Of a stretch of 44,096 nucleotides of DNA, positions 29,770 to 39,242 are shown in pieces. The DNA lies in NCBI GenBank assembly GCA_963597965.1, contig CAVBRV010000001.1, positions 1 through 44,096 of the forward strand, written 5' to 3'. A program made the position numbers and the translations under genes. The notes beneath the pieces were generated by a model that saw only the letters and a program-made list of their open reading frames with translations, was not told the DNA's origin and ran no database searches. The DNA comes from Paludibacteraceae bacterium. Lineage in GTDB: Bacteria; Bacillota; Negativicutes; Veillonellales; Dialisteraceae. Numbering within the stretch: position 1 is the stretch's first letter; every line of letters begins with the position of its first letter.

Positions 29770-30077
29770 TATTTCTTCTCCTCTTTTTCTGCCAACCGTT
29801 CCAAAACCTTCACGTACCCATCGGCGCCGTATTTCAAGCAACGTTTCACCCGGGAAATCGTGGCCGTGCTGGCCCCCGTGGCTTCTTCGATGCGATCATA
29901 CTTCTCCCCTGTCTGCAGCAACCGCGCCACTTCCAGCCGTTGGGACATGTCCCGAATTTCATTGATGGTGCACAAATCTTCAAAAAATTCGTAGCACTCT
30001 TCTCTATTTTTCAATTCCAAAATCCCGTCCAACAGACGGTCTGTCAAAGGATTCACCAGTCTCTGATTCACGCTCAT
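29769..30077 (-). CDS. yerC: TrpR-like YerC/YecD family regulator (HisR candidate)
   Basis: ECYEFFEDLCTINEI..MSQRLEVA..L...Y..I...TGASTATISRV.RCL.YG..GY. Confidence 0.92.
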   Translation of the reverse strand: MSVNQRLVNPLTDRLLDGILELKNREECYEFFEDLCTINEIRDMSQRLEVARLLQTGEKYDRIEEATGASTATISRVKRCLKYGADGYVKVLERLAEKEEKK

Positions 30078-30185
30078 ATATGTTTCCTCCTACTTATATA
30101 GGTGACTGGTGACTTGTGACTAGTGACTGGTATCTAGGAAAACGCAAACTCCTAGTCACCAATCACAAGTCACGAGTCACTTATT

Positions 30186-30205
30186 TACTTTATCATATTA
30201 TAGCA
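30186..30205. promoter_or_regulatory. Weaker HisR-like site upstream of yerC (possible autoregulation)
   Basis: TACTTTATCATATTATAGCA shares its first 10 nt with the site at 17135-17154. Confidence 0.45.
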
Positions 30206-30243
30206 TTAGAGGGGACGTAACGTAAAGAGAGGGAAACTGCGTA

Positions 30244-30600
30244 AAGGTTATTATGGTGATGATTCCGTTAGCTACCATAGAGCAGTTTTCGCTACGCAAA
30301 GGGTTATTATTCTACCATGAGCTTTTATTTCAGTCTATCCAAATACCGCTATCATTAAGGTTATGGAGGGTTATTTTTTATACATAACCTTCCATAACCT
30401 TTTATAACCTTGATACCATCGGTAGTTAGATATGTTGAATAAAAGAGCGAAGCAGAATAATAACCTTATTTCCAAGCGAAATATCAGTATGTTTGCCAAC
30501 GAAATCAGCACAATAATACCCTTTACAAAACATCTGCGGCGCTTCCAAATTTTGCGCGCCGCCACAACCATTCCTCACTCCTCATTCCTAATTTCTCATT
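30244..30600. repeat. REPIN-like element retaining only the right GTGG-hairpin (30536-30565) and heptamer tail
   Basis: AAGGTTATTA...GGTTAT/ATAACC core...GCAGAATAATAACCTT...GCGGCGCTTCCAAATTTTGCGCGCCGCCAC-(TTCCTCA)n. Confidence 0.7.
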
Positions 30601-30609
30601 GTATTTCTC

Positions 30610-30638
30610 TTGACATTCCTTCTCATTCAGAGTACTAT
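30610..30638 (+). promoter_or_regulatory. Sigma-A promoter of the metNIQ leader
   Basis: TTGACA-17bp-TACTAT upstream of the riboswitch. Confidence 0.7.
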
Positions 30639-30687
30639 AGGTTCAATCGCATTATAATTTTTATAGTGCCTAATTTCACAGAGTAAA

Positions 30688-30785
30688 TTCATCATGAGTG
30701 GCGGAGGGACTGGCCCTTTGAAACCACGGCAACCATCTTTTAGAAACGGTGCCAATTCCAGCGGGTAAATACCCGAAAGATGATG
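30688..30785 (+). ncRNA. SAM-I riboswitch (S-box)
   Basis: ATCATGAG-GGCGGAGGGACTGGCCC-TTGAAACC-CGGCAACC...GGTGCCAATTCC-GC...GAAAGATGA consensus upstream of a methionine transporter. Confidence 0.93.
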
Positions 30786-30794
30786 TGAACCCTC

Positions 30795-30823
30795 ACTTTC
30801 ATCTTTCCGATGAAAGTTTTTTT
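30795..30823 (+). terminator. S-box expression-platform terminator
   Basis: ACTTTCATC-TTTCC-GATGAAAGT-TTTTTT; the 5' arm can alternatively pair with GAAAGATGA of the aptamer. Confidence 0.8.
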
Positions 30824-30995
30824 AGTGGCTTTTCATGACATCGACACACAACGTGCAAAACTCCGATTACGAATTGTTGTTGGTTGTTAGTTGTTGGTTG
30901 TTTGGATTCCCAGACAACCAACAACTAACAACAATCCGCTATCGGTTTGAATAGAGATGATAAGTCACTGCGTACAAAGCGATAAGGAGCTCCCA

Positions 30996-32033
30996 ATGAT
31001 TGAACTGAAACATATAACCAAAATATATGGCACATTCAAAGCACTGGACGACATTAGCCTGACCATCAAAGACGGAGAAATCTTTGGTATCGTGGGGCAA
31101 TCCGGTGCCGGCAAATCCACTTTGGTTCGCTGCATCAATATGCTCGAACCTCCGACTTCCGGTGAAGTCCTCATCAATGGCAAAGATTTGACCAAATTAT
31201 CCAAGAAAGAATTGCGGACCGAACGCAAGAACATCGGCATGATTTTCCAGCATTTCAACCTGCTCTCTAGCCGTACCGTGGCTGGCAATGTGGCATTTCC
31301 TTTGGAACTGGCAAACGTACCGAAAGCAGAACAGAAGAAACGGATCGATGACATTCTCGAACTGGTCGGCCTCACCGAATACAAGGACAAATACCCAGCC
31401 CAGCTCTCTGGCGGGCAGAAACAGCGCGTGGGCATCGCGAGAGCCATTGTTTCCAATCCCTCCGTGCTGCTCTCCGATGAAGCCACCAGCGCTTTGGACC
31501 CGGAAACGGTGAAATCCATCCTGCAGCTCTTGAAAGACATCAATAAGAAACTGGGCATCACCATCATCATGATCACCCACCAAATGGAAGTCATCAAGGA
31601 AATCGCCGAACATGTAGCGGTCATCGAACACGGCCACATCATAGAAGAAGGTTCCGTAGTGGACCTCTTCACCAACCCGCAGACTGAAACGCTGAAGAAA
31701 TTCGTCGGCTCTGTCATGTCCTCTGAAGTGCCGGAACAGCTCTCTCACATGGACATCCACCCCACCAAAGAAAAAGACACGGACCAGACCGTGCTCTCCC
31801 TCTCCTTCCGTGGCGACGTGGCAAACGAACCGATCATTGCCAACTTGATTAAGAAATACAACCTGGACGTGTCCATCCTCTACGGTTCCATCGATTACAT
31901 CCAGAACGTTTCCTTCGGCCGCCTCATCATCACCATCATCGGTCATGAATCGGACATGAAGGAAGCCCTTGACCATTTACAGTCTTTACCCATTACAAGC
32001 GAGGTGCTCGGATATGTCTCCAGTCATAACTAA
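30996..32033 (+). CDS. metN: Methionine ABC transporter ATP-binding protein
   Basis: GQSGAGKST, IFQHFNLLSSRTV, LSGGQKQRV and DEATSALDP motifs, C-terminal NIL domain; start after AAGGAG. Confidence 0.95.
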   Translation: MIELKHITKIYGTFKALDDISLTIKDGEIFGIVGQSGAGKSTLVRCINMLEPPTSGEVLINGKDLTKLSKKELRTERKNIGMIFQHFNLLSSRTVAGNVAFPLELANVPKAEQKKRIDDILELVGLTEYKDKYPAQLSGGQKQRVGIARAIVSNPSVLLSDEATSALDPETVKSILQLLKDINKKLGITIIMITHQMEVIKEIAEHVAVIEHGHIIEEGSVVDLFTNPQTETLKKFVGSVMSSEVPEQLSHMDIHPTKEKDTDQTVLSLSFRGDVANEPIIANLIKKYNLDVSILYGSIDYIQNVSFGRLIITIIGHESDMKEALDHLQSLPITSEVLGYVSSHN

Positions 32034-32667
32034 TTTACTTCTGAAAAGTACGGCAGAAACCCTGTACATGCTGGGTGTTTCTGCTTTCATCGCCGCCGTC
32101 ATCGGCATTCCCCTAGGGATTCTCCTGGTGGTCACTGAAAAGAAAGGCATCCTGGCCTGCCCCATGCTAAATAAGCCGCTGGCTTTCATTATCAATATGA
32201 TTCGTTCCATTCCATTCATCATTTTGATGGTGGCTATCATTCCACTGACCAGAATCATTGCGGGCACCTCCATCGGCACCACCGCAGCCATCGTCCCACT
32301 GACCATCGCTGCCATTCCTTACACCGCTCGTATGGTGGAAACATCAATCCGCGAAGTGCCTTTCGGCCTCATCGAAGCGGCAGAATCCATGGGTGCTTCC
32401 CCATTCCAGATTATTAAGAAAGTGCTCATCCCGGAAGCCCTGCCTTCCATCATTGAAAATATCACCGTCGTGGTCGTCACCCTCATCGGTTCCTCCGCTA
32501 TGGCCGGCACCATCGGCGGCGGCGGCCTCGGCGACCTGGCTATCCGCTACGGATACCAGCGCTTCCAGGCAGACGTCATGGTAGCCACCATCCTAGTCCT
32601 CATCGTGGTAGTCCAGCTGATTCAGTTCATTGGAAGTAATCTAGCCAAGAAAGCTAATAAAAAGTAA
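32014..32667 (+). CDS. metI: Methionine ABC transporter permease
   Basis: RSIPFIIL, GTSIGT.AAIVPL and SAMAG.IGGGGLGDLAIRYGYQRF motifs. Confidence 0.95.
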   Translation: MSPVITNLLLKSTAETLYMLGVSAFIAAVIGIPLGILLVVTEKKGILACPMLNKPLAFIINMIRSIPFIILMVAIIPLTRIIAGTSIGTTAAIVPLTIAAIPYTARMVETSIREVPFGLIEAAESMGASPFQIIKKVLIPEALPSIIENITVVVVTLIGSSAMAGTIGGGGLGDLAIRYGYQRFQADVMVATILVLIVVVQLIQFIGSNLAKKANKK

Positions 32668-32694
32668 GAGTCATTTCGCCGTTCTCGCTCTCTA

Positions 32695-32853
32695 ATAGTG
32701 AGGAGTGAGGAATTAGGAGTTAGGAGTGAAGGTAGGCCTGACACAATTCATATAGTCAGGCCAAATATTATAAAAAATATAATTAATGGCGCCGCTTCCA
32801 AATTTTGTGCGGCGCTACCACCACTCCTCACTCCTCACTCCTAATTCCTCACT
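32695..32853. repeat. Short REPIN-like doublet with (GAGGAGT)n tails between metI and metQ
   Basis: GTAGGCCTGACACAATTCATATAGTCAGGCC, AT-rich spacer, GGCGCCGCTTCCAAATTTTGTGCGGCGCTAC. Confidence 0.82.
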
Positions 32854-32926
32854 ATCAAAAAGGGTTTCAACCAGCCCTGTATTCACACAGGTTCTGGCAA
32901 TTTATAAAAGAAGGGAAGTTTTAACT

Positions 32927-33760
32927 ATGTTAAAGAAATTTGTTATCGCCGGTCTTTGCGCCCTCTCCGCAGCAGCAATTATCTCCGGTTGCGGTTCCGA
33001 TGCAAAACCCGCCTCCTCCGCTGCTCCACAGGAAAAGAAAGAAATCACCGTCGGTGCTACCGCCGGTCCTCATGCAGAAGTGGTTGAAGCTGCTGCAAAA
33101 GAAGCAGAAAAGAATGGCCTCAAAGTCAACGTAAAGGAATTTTCCGACTACGTCACCCCAGACCAGGCACTGGCTGACGGTGATCTGGACCTGGTGGTTT
33201 ACCAGCACGAACCGTTCCTCAACAACTTCAACAAACAGCACAACACCAATCTCGTTTCCATCGGTAAAGCAATCCTCATGCGCATGGGCATTTACTCCAA
33301 CAAGTATAAAGATGTGAAAGACATCCCGGACGGCGCTACCATTTCCATTCCAAACGACCCCACCAATGAAGGTCGTGGCCTCCAGCTCCTCGAAAAAGCA
33401 GGCCTCATCAAACTCAAAGAAGGCGTGGGCATGAAAGCTACTCCGGCTGATGTGGTAGAAAATCCGAAGAACCTGAAATTCAACGAACTCGAAGCAGCCC
33501 AGCTTCCGAGAAGCCTGGATGATGTAGACGCATCGGTCATCACCATGAACTACGTCATGAGCTCCGGCCTCTCCCCGAAAGACCAGGGCATCTACTTGGA
33601 AGCCAAAGACACCCCACTGGCTGTGATGATCATCGCTGCTCGTGACAAAGATAAAGACCAAGCTGCGTACAAGAAATTCGTACAGGCTTACCAGTCTGAA
33701 TCGGTCAAGAAGTTCATCGCTGAAAAATATAAAGGAACCATTGAACCAGCTTGGGAATGA
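32927..33760 (+). CDS. metQ: MetQ/NlpA-family methionine-binding lipoprotein
   Basis: ISGC lipobox, FSDYV.PD.AL, QHEPFL, IPNDPTNEGRGL.LL and EAAQLPRSL.DVD motifs. Confidence 0.94.
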   Translation: MLKKFVIAGLCALSAAAIISGCGSDAKPASSAAPQEKKEITVGATAGPHAEVVEAAAKEAEKNGLKVNVKEFSDYVTPDQALADGDLDLVVYQHEPFLNNFNKQHNTNLVSIGKAILMRMGIYSNKYKDVKDIPDGATISIPNDPTNEGRGLQLLEKAGLIKLKEGVGMKATPADVVENPKNLKFNELEAAQLPRSLDDVDASVITMNYVMSSGLSPKDQGIYLEAKDTPLAVMIIAARDKDKDQAAYKKFVQAYQSESVKKFIAEKYKGTIEPAWE

Positions 33761-33808
33761 TATGTTAGTCAGCAGTTAGCTGCTCCCAGTAGGCAGATTT
33801 ACTGCATG

Positions 33809-33842
33809 GAAAAAGACCGCTTGAGAATAGCGGTCTTTTTTT
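33809..33842. terminator. Terminator after metQ
   Basis: AAAAAGACCGCT-loop-AGCGGTCTTTTTT. Confidence 0.82.
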
Positions 33843-34024
33843 GTTGGTTCTGGGGTTCTGGAGGTGGTGATTTGGTTTGAGGCAACTGGTATGCATGCCG
33901 CTGTCAGAGGATTCTGGGGGTGATGAAATTGGATAGAGGCATTTGGCATATATACAGCTCTCATAGGGTTCTAAAGGTTCTGAGGGTTCTGAGGGTTCTA
34001 AGGAAATATGCCTCTTCCCTACTC

Positions 34025-34216
34025 CGTCATTTCGACCGATGGGATTTGTGCTGAATGGCTCTATCGCTTTTCTGCGACTATGTGAGACAGAAGTGGAGAA
34101 ATCTTGTGGAACTAACGTTGTTTCCGATAGTGTCTCAAGATTTCTCCACTTTTGTCCAACATAGTCGCTTAGCCCTAAAAAGTCGTCAAGCACTAATCCC
34201 ATCGGTCGAAATGACG
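34025..34216. repeat. Family-B ~192-bp palindromic element
   Basis: Same conserved arms as the other B copies. Confidence 0.9.
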
Positions 34217-34295
34217 ATAATAAAAATACCGCTATCCCCACTGCCTACCAATGCTATTAAGTTAAGCGAAATATACGATGATTTCTGCTGCTGTA

Positions 34296-34434
34296 AAGGT
34301 TACTCAGGTTTCTCAGGATGCTAAGGTCTCTCAGGTTCCTCGAATGAGCTAATGACGTCAGCGACTATTGGCACATTCGAGAAACCTGAGTACCCTTAGA
34401 ACCCTTAGAACCCTTTGTACCTTGAGCAACCTGT
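34296..34434. repeat. Family-E hairpin element
   Basis: CTCGAATGAGC...GGCACATTCGAGAAA core with 9-mer arms ending GAGCAACCTGT. Confidence 0.85.
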
Positions 34435-34635
34435 AACCGCAAGCGTTAGCATGCCTACTGACTCAAATCCTTAACTTAACAGCATTGCACTGCCTACTGA
34501 GAACTGCCAACCGCCTACTACTCCCCCAATCCCTAGCTCCTAATCCCTAATCCCCATAAAAAATGCGGCGCTTCCAAATTCTTATGCGCCGCCACCACCA
34601 CTCCTCACTCCTCATTCCTAACTCCTCACTACAAG

Positions 34636-34668
34636 AAAAAGGAGCCATCCCAATGATAGCTCCTTTTT
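34636..34668 (-). terminator. Terminator after rnc
   Basis: AAAAAGGAGC-loop-GCTCCTTTTT. Confidence 0.78.
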
Positions 34669-34681
34669 ATATACCGCAGGA

Positions 34682-35416
34682 TTATACTTTCTCGCCCTTC
34701 TGTATCCGCAAAATGGCTTCTTTCGCTGCTTTCTGAGCAGCTTCTTTTTTATTCTTCCCAATGCCGCTTCCCATGTGTTTCCCATTGATGGTGATATCCA
34801 TCCAAATGGTTTTATCATGGTCCGGTCCTTCGTCGTGGGTGACGATGTAGCGAATATCCACATCCCCGTGGCACTGGACCAGTTCTTGCAAGTCCGACTT
34901 GTAATCGTGGTCATAGTCGCCTTGGTCGATAAGGTCCAGGAATTTCTTCATATGGCCCAGGATGAAGCGGGCAGCCACTTCGTAGTTATTGTCCAAGTAA
35001 ATGGCTCCAATCACCGCTTCAAATGCATCGCCCAGGATGGAGATTCTGGTCCGTCCGCCGGACATTTCTTCTCCTTTTCCTAAGCGCATGTATTCGCCTA
35101 CGTGGAATTTGGCCGCACATTCGGCGCAGGATGGTTTACATACCACGCTGGCTTTCGCGCGGGTCAGTTCCCCTTCCGGCCAGGTCGGGAAGCGGAGGAA
35201 AAGGTATTCTCCGATGACCAGGTCCAGAATAGCATCGCCTAGAAATTCTAGGCGTTCATTATCGTGAATGACTTCGTTTTTATGCTCATTGGCATAGGAT
35301 GTATGAGTCAGGGCCGTATTCAGCAGTTGGGCATTTTGCACGGGAATTTCATTTTCCAGCGCAAATTTCTCAATCTCTGCCAGACGGTCTCTCTTTCTCA
35401 TTTCAGCATGGCTCAT
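34682..35416 (-). CDS. rnc: Ribonuclease III
   Basis: ALTHTSY, NERLEFLGDAIL, DAFEAVIGAIYLD and dsRBD (GPDH.K...G.GKNKKEA.Q.AA) motifs. Confidence 0.97.
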   Translation of the reverse strand: MSHAEMRKRDRLAEIEKFALENEIPVQNAQLLNTALTHTSYANEHKNEVIHDNERLEFLGDAILDLVIGEYLFLRFPTWPEGELTRAKASVVCKPSCAECAAKFHVGEYMRLGKGEEMSGGRTRISILGDAFEAVIGAIYLDNNYEVAARFILGHMKKFLDLIDQGDYDHDYKSDLQELVQCHGDVDIRYIVTHDEGPDHDKTIWMDITINGKHMGSGIGKNKKEAAQKAAKEAILRIQKGEKV

Positions 35417-36660
35417 TCTTCATAGCGCCTCATGATGACAACTGCATTGTGACCGCCGAAGCCAAAGGCATTGGACATGGTCACGTCCACTTTCATATCC
35501 ACTGGCCCTTCTTTCGCATAGTTCAGGTCACATTCCGGATCGGGGGTCTGGAGATTCAAGGTCTGATGGACTTTGTTGTTCTGAATGGAAAGCACACAAA
35601 CAACCGCTTCAATCGCACCAGCCGCACCGAGAAGGTGACCGGTCATGGATTTGGTGGAGTTGACGATAATGTCATAAGCATGCTGTCCCAGCACTTCTTT
35701 GATAGCCTTGGTTTCGTTTTTATCGTTCAGGCCGGTGGAAGTGCCATGGGCATTGATGTAATCAATATCTTCTGGGGAAATACCAGCATCCTGGATGGCA
35801 TTTTTCATGCAGCGAGCGGCCAGTTCACCACCCGGTCTTGGGGCGGTCATATGGTAGGCATCACCATTGGTGCCATAGCCGAGAACTTCGGCGTAAATGT
35901 GAGCGCCACGTTTCTTCGCGTGTTCCAGTTCTTCCAGAATGAGGACACCAGAGCCTTCGCCCAGGACAAAACCATCACGGCGAACGTCAAAGGGGCAGGA
36001 CGCTTCTTCCGGTGGGCAATCACGGGAAGAGAGAGCATGCATGGCAGCAAATCCAGCCATTGGAGTCTTGGCAACAGCCGCTTCGGTGCCGCCAGCAAAC
36101 ATCACGTCTGCATCGCCCCACTGAATCATGCGGGTCGCACGGCCGATGGAGTTATTGCCAGACGCACAAGCGGTGACGTCGGTGAGAACCGGTCCCTGGA
36201 GACCGAAAGTAATGGAAACCATACCGGAAGCCATGTTGGCAATCATCATAGGAACAGCAAATGGATTGACTTTCGCCGGACCACGTTTTTCGATACGTTC
36301 TACCGTATCTTCCATGGTAGCAATCCCGCCGATACCGGTACCAATGATGGTGCCGACCCGGTTCGGATCTTCCTGGCTCATATCCAGTTTCGCATCTTCT
36401 ACAGCCATTTTGGCAGCAGCTACGGCGAACTGGGCATTTCTGTCCATGTGACGGACAGCCTTTCTGTCGCCTACATATTTGACAGCGTCAAAGTCTTTGA
36501 CTTCGCCCGCAATTTTTACAGGAAATTCGGAGGCATCAAATTCCGTAATCGGAACAATGCCAGATTTCCCTGCCAGCAGGGCATTCCAGAACGCATCCAA
36601 ACCGATACCTACCGGAGAAACCACGCCCATACCAGTGACTACAACTCTTCTTTTTTCCAT
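35413..36660 (-). CDS. fabF: 3-oxoacyl-ACP synthase II
   Basis: RRVVVTGMG, TACASG, YINAHGTST, KSMTGHLLGAAG and SNAFGFGGHN motifs. Confidence 0.97.
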   Translation of the reverse strand: MEKRRVVVTGMGVVSPVGIGLDAFWNALLAGKSGIVPITEFDASEFPVKIAGEVKDFDAVKYVGDRKAVRHMDRNAQFAVAAAKMAVEDAKLDMSQEDPNRVGTIIGTGIGGIATMEDTVERIEKRGPAKVNPFAVPMMIANMASGMVSITFGLQGPVLTDVTACASGNNSIGRATRMIQWGDADVMFAGGTEAAVAKTPMAGFAAMHALSSRDCPPEEASCPFDVRRDGFVLGEGSGVLILEELEHAKKRGAHIYAEVLGYGTNGDAYHMTAPRPGGELAARCMKNAIQDAGISPEDIDYINAHGTSTGLNDKNETKAIKEVLGQHAYDIIVNSTKSMTGHLLGAAGAIEAVVCVLSIQNNKVHQTLNLQTPDPECDLNYAKEGPVDMKVDVTMSNAFGFGGHNAVVIMRRYEE

Positions 36661-37190
36661 GAAAGGAGCACCTCGCTTAATTGAAATCTTTTTGAAATTC
36701 TATAAAACAATCTATGCAATATGTTAGATTTTTGGATAAATTTTTTGTTGCTAGTTGATGGTTCTTTGTTGTTAGACATTCCCAACAACAAACAATCAAC
36801 AACCAGCAACATGAATGACAGAGAATATCTCAAAAAAACAGGCCACACTCACAAGAGTGATCTACTTTTTTGAAATATTTTCTATTTTTTTGTGACTGGT
36901 GACTAGTGACTAGTAGCTAGGGATTAGTAGCTAGGGATTAGGGATTAGGGATTAGGAAACACACATCTCCCTATTTCCTTTTGTATAACCTGTCCAAAGG
37001 ACGTAACCTTTTATAACCCTTCATAACCTTTTGGCACTACGTAGAGCATCGCAAAAGCCTCTACCCATATACCGCTACAAAAACTGCCTACTGCTAACTA
37101 CAAACTGCCTACTAATCAAAGATTCATATGGTGTTACCGGAGAGGTTGCCCTCCCCGGTTTTTCCATTATGAGTTTCTGAAGTTCAGAAA

Positions 37191-37421
37191 TTACTGCTGG
37201 CTGTCGATGTAGTCTACAGCGTTCTTTACAGTTTTGATCTTTTCAGCAGCATCGTCCGGGATTTCGATGTCGAATTCTTCTTCAAATGCCATGATCAGTT
37301 CAACGATGTCGAGGGAATCAGCGCCCAGGTCGTCGATAAAAGTGGAGTCGATGGTAACATCAGCTTCGCTTACGCCCAGCTGGTCAACAACGATTTTCTT
37401 TACTCTGTCAAAAGTGCTCAT
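37191..37421 (-). CDS. acpP: Acyl carrier protein
   Basis: [20 protein letters not shown] phosphopantetheine motif; start at MSTF. Confidence 0.97.
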   Translation of the reverse strand: MSTFDRVKKIVVDQLGVSEADVTIDSTFIDDLGADSLDIVELIMAFEEEFDIEIPDDAAEKIKTVKNAVDYIDSQQ

Positions 37422-37496
37422 CTCTAGTTTCACCACCTTTCTATGCAGGAAACGCCCGAAGGCAAAATCTCCTTTAGTCGTACCTTATAGATTATA

Positions 37497-38240
37497 TTAC
37501 ATAACCATTCCGCCGTCTACCTTTAAAACTTGTCCAGTGATATAACTTGCCTCTTCAGAAGCAAGGAAGCACACTGCTTTGGCAACGTCTTCAGCCAGGC
37601 CCATACGGCCCAAAGGAATGGACTGAAGCATGATTTCTTTATTCTTTTCTGGAATCACTTCGGTCATATCGGTGGCAATGAAGCCAGGAGCCACTGCGTT
37701 GACACGAATATTTCTACCAGCCAATTCTTTTGCCGTCGCTTTGGTGAGGCCGATAACGCCGGCTTTGGCAGCGGCATAGTTAGCCTGACCCGCATTTCCC
37801 ATGATACCTACCACAGAAGCGATATTGACGATGGCGCCTTTTTTCTTTCTCATCATCATCTGGGCTGCCGCTTTGGTAGTCAGGAAATCGCTCTTCAAAT
37901 CGGTGGAAAGGACGGCGTCCCAATTTTCTTCTTTCATGCGAATGAGAAGGCCGTCACGAGTAATCCCCGCATTGTTCACCAATACGTCGAGCTGACCAAA
38001 TTCCTCTTTGATGGTTTTGAACATGCGATCCACATCGTCCGCGTTGGACACATCCCCCTGGAGGGTAAAAGCCTGTCCGCCAGCAGCGATGATTTCGTCT
38101 TTCACTGCTTCTGCGGCGGCCTGGCTGCCTGCATAGTTCACAGCCACGGCGTAGCCTTTCGCAGCGAGAGCGAGCGCAATGGCCTTGCCAATGCCGCGAG
38201 ACGCGCCAGTGACAAGAGCTGTTTTTGTTACGTTTTCCAT
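37497..38240 (-). CDS. fabG: 3-oxoacyl-ACP reductase
   Basis: TGASRGIG, NNAGITRD, NYAAAKAG and PGFIATDMT motifs. Confidence 0.97.
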   Translation of the reverse strand: MENVTKTALVTGASRGIGKAIALALAAKGYAVAVNYAGSQAAAEAVKDEIIAAGGQAFTLQGDVSNADDVDRMFKTIKEEFGQLDVLVNNAGITRDGLLIRMKEENWDAVLSTDLKSDFLTTKAAAQMMMRKKKGAIVNIASVVGIMGNAGQANYAAAKAGVIGLTKATAKELAGRNIRVNAVAPGFIATDMTEVIPEKNKEIMLQSIPLGRMGLAEDVAKAVCFLASEEASYITGQVLKVDGGMVM

Positions 38241-38243
38241 GAA

Positions 38244-39182
38244 TTATTCTCCTTTCAGAGCGGCTACCACTTCATCGATGGTAGCTACATCTTCTGCATG
38301 GTGGGTCGGGATGGAACGGTCAATCTTTCTCATGAAACCAGAAAGAACGGTGCCCGGACCGGCTTCAACAGCGCAATCCATGCCGCCGGCGATCATATTC
38401 CGAATGGATTCATCCCAATGTACCGGATGAGCGGCCTGTTCTACCAAGTTCTGACGGATTTCATCAGCCTTGGTTTCTTCCTTGGCATTCACATTTGCTA
38501 CGACCGGAATGGTGGTGTCGTGAATATCAATCTTATCCAATACTTCTTTCAGCCGAGCAGCAGCCGGTTCCATCAAAGAAGAATGGAATGGAGCACTAAC
38601 TTTCAGCGGAATGGCACGACGAGCACCGGCTTCTTTCAGTGCGCTGCATGCTTTTTCTACAGCGAAGGTCGCGCCAGCGATAACCACCTGTCCAGGGCAG
38701 TTGAAATTGACCGCCTGTACAGGAAGCGCATCGGTGGAAACAGAAGCGCACACTTCTACGATTTTTTCTGGAGCAAGGCCAATGACAGCAGCCATGCCCC
38801 CTTCTCCCAGCGGTACCGCTTCCTGCATGAACTTGCCGCGAAGATGCACGATGTATACGGCATCAGCAAAGGAAATAGCCCCAGCGGCTACCAAAGCAGA
38901 ATATTCGCCCAAGCTATGCCCTGCAGCGATGTCTGGCGTGAGACCATGTTCCTTCAAAACCTGCCATACGCAAACACTGGCGGTCAAAATAGCAGGCTGG
39001 GTAAATTCGGTCTTCATGAGCTCCGTATCGGGCCCTTCAAACATCATCTTGGAAATAGAAAATCCCAAGGTCTCATCTGCTTCATGAATCAATTTCTTGA
39101 CAGAATCGTATTTTTCATACAAATCCTGCACCATTCCAACCTTCTGGGACCCCTGCCCAGGGAAAAGAAATGCGGTTTTCAT
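38244..39182 (-). CDS. fabD: Malonyl-CoA:ACP transacylase
   Basis: FPGQGSQ, TQPAIL, GHSLGEYSA and VSAPFHS motifs. Confidence 0.97.
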   Translation of the reverse strand: MKTAFLFPGQGSQKVGMVQDLYEKYDSVKKLIHEADETLGFSISKMMFEGPDTELMKTEFTQPAILTASVCVWQVLKEHGLTPDIAAGHSLGEYSALVAAGAISFADAVYIVHLRGKFMQEAVPLGEGGMAAVIGLAPEKIVEVCASVSTDALPVQAVNFNCPGQVVIAGATFAVEKACSALKEAGARRAIPLKVSAPFHSSLMEPAAARLKEVLDKIDIHDTTIPVVANVNAKEETKADEIRQNLVEQAAHPVHWDESIRNMIAGGMDCAVEAGPGTVLSGFMRKIDRSIPTHHAEDVATIDEVVAALKGE

Positions 39183-39242
39183 CAAATTACGCCTCCAATT
39201 TATACACCTATATACACAAAGATATATGAACGATTTAGCTCG

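Noticed and set aside
33765..34324. Small intergenic ORFs (e.g. 33765-34241, 34055-34324, 24730-25071, 21404-21631, 3257-3562)
   Set aside because: They coincide with repeat elements and have no SD or recognisable domains
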